Notes under the pieces: generated by a model
Database searches by the model: none
What the model saw: the letters and a program-made list of their open reading frames with translations, nothing else
Told to the model about the DNA's origin: nothing
DNA from: Felis catus
Lineage: Eukaryota
Assembly (NCBI RefSeq): GCF_018350175.1
Contig: NC_058383.1
Location: forward strand, 14,262,001-14,326,000
Reading direction: 5' to 3'
DNA length: 64,000 nucleotides
Made by a program: the position numbers and the translations under genes
Part shown: piece by piece, positions 63,031 through 64,000 of the stretch
Layout of the letters: the number at the start of each line of letters is the position of its first letter
Position numbering within the stretch: the first letter of the stretch is position 1

Positions 63031-63721
63031 TCCAGAAACTTCCGACTCACAGCCTGCACTTGTATAAATGTTGGCTAACATCATCGGCATCCTCATCTGT
63101 AAGGTCCTGAGATCTCCTGGCCCACGTTGCGTCTCGATTCTCTTACAGCAGTGCAGTGGGGATGTTGTCGGGTCTTTTTGTTGCCAGGTTGGCAAACTGG
63201 GTCACAAGCGTCACTTGGCCCCTCTGATCTATGTACCACGTGGGGCTCACGTAAGTTGTCCTTAAAAGGAGGTCCTGGCACGGGCAGCTCCTTGGGCTTC
63301 ATTTCCTGCTTGGAGGCCTGGTGGGTTCCGAAGTGGCCAGTTCTCCTCAACTCTTTTCTCCTCGCTCAGCATCAACCAAGGGAGGTCGTGGATACTTTTG
63401 GTGTTGAATGAAGTCAATGCCAATGGCTCTGCTGTGAGGGCGCCGAGAGAAGGGGAGACAGTTACCCTCGGGGAGCTACCAAGTTCAAGGGAGTATCCCA
63501 GGCATGTGGAGAGATGGACAGACAGACGTAAGGATGGATAGAAGGTGTCTGACAGATCTCACGAGGTTGGTTGTTTGTCTCTGCTCGCTCTTCTCTGTGA
63601 GATCGGCTTTCCAGGGACTGTTCTCCTCGTAGCCCTCGGAGCAGAGGGCTGGGCTTGAGTTGCTTTGTAGCCTCTCTGCGGGGCCTTAAGTGTTTATTGA
63701 CAATTATCCAGACTTCTTAAT

Positions 63722-63951
63722 GGGCGCCTGGGTGGCTCAGTCGGTGAAGCGTCCGACTTCGGCTCAGGTCACGATCTCACGGTTCGTGGATTCGAGCCCC
63801 GCGTCGGGCTCTGGGCTGGCAGCTCGAAGCCTGGAGCCTGCTTCGGATTCTGTGTCTCCCTCTCTCTCTCTTTCTCTCTCTCTGCCCCTACCCCCCCTCA
63901 CGCTCTGTCTCTCTGTCTCTCAAAAAGAAAAAAAAGAAAAAAAAAAAAAAG
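63722..63951 (+). mobile_element. Can-SINE
   Basis: TSD ttatccagactt (63704, 63956); long A-tail. Confidence 0.95.
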
Positions 63952-64000
63952 AAAGTTATCCAGACTTTAAGACAGCTTGCCTGCCAACCATCTTCTTTAA

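Larger units (their letters stand above)
21639..64000 (+). other. GALNT17: GALNT17 intron 2 (5' part; exon 3 not seen in window)
   Basis: Begins GTAAGT; I could not find the expected next peptide (CKELKYSKDLPQISIIFIFVNEA...) downstream. Confidence 0.75.

Noticed and set aside
46..63951. Recurrent ORFs such as MAQSVK.../...[11 protein letters not shown]... that look like a repeated gene family
   Set aside because: They are translations of Can-SINE copies.
1..64000. A novel multi-gene or defence-type system
   Set aside because: The window is eukaryotic intronic DNA with one host exon; I found no non-repeat ORF with domain-like features, endogenous viral gene, NUMT or processed pseudogene.

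Overview
Mammalian genomic DNA from a felid (cat-type Can-SINEs and a felid-type L1). The window lies inside one + strand gene that I recognise as GALNT17 (WBSCR17/GALNTL3, a polypeptide GalNAc-transferase family member). The only host coding sequence is one 184-nt internal exon, 21455-21638 (exon 2), with canonical AG/GT sites. The rest is intron: about 35 tRNA-derived Can-SINEs, one young 5'-truncated antisense L1, old L1/L2/MIR remnants, MaLR/ERVL solo LTRs, DNA-transposon fossils, microsatellites and several repeat-free, motif-rich blocks that may be enhancers. Almost all supplied ORFs are artefacts of repeats or chance. I see no evidence of a novel gene system, RNA gene or CRISPR array. 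The most interesting sequence-level observations are: (1) a ~200-bp local duplication with a second 17-nt template switch at its junction; (2) repeated retrotransposon insertion at identical target sites, including a SINE-L1-SINE stack inside one 15-bp direct repeat; (3) domain-like clustering of SINE orientation; (4) inverted SINE pairs, including one bracketing exon 2. Repeat family names and the boundaries of old repeats come from recall of consensus sequences and are approximate.
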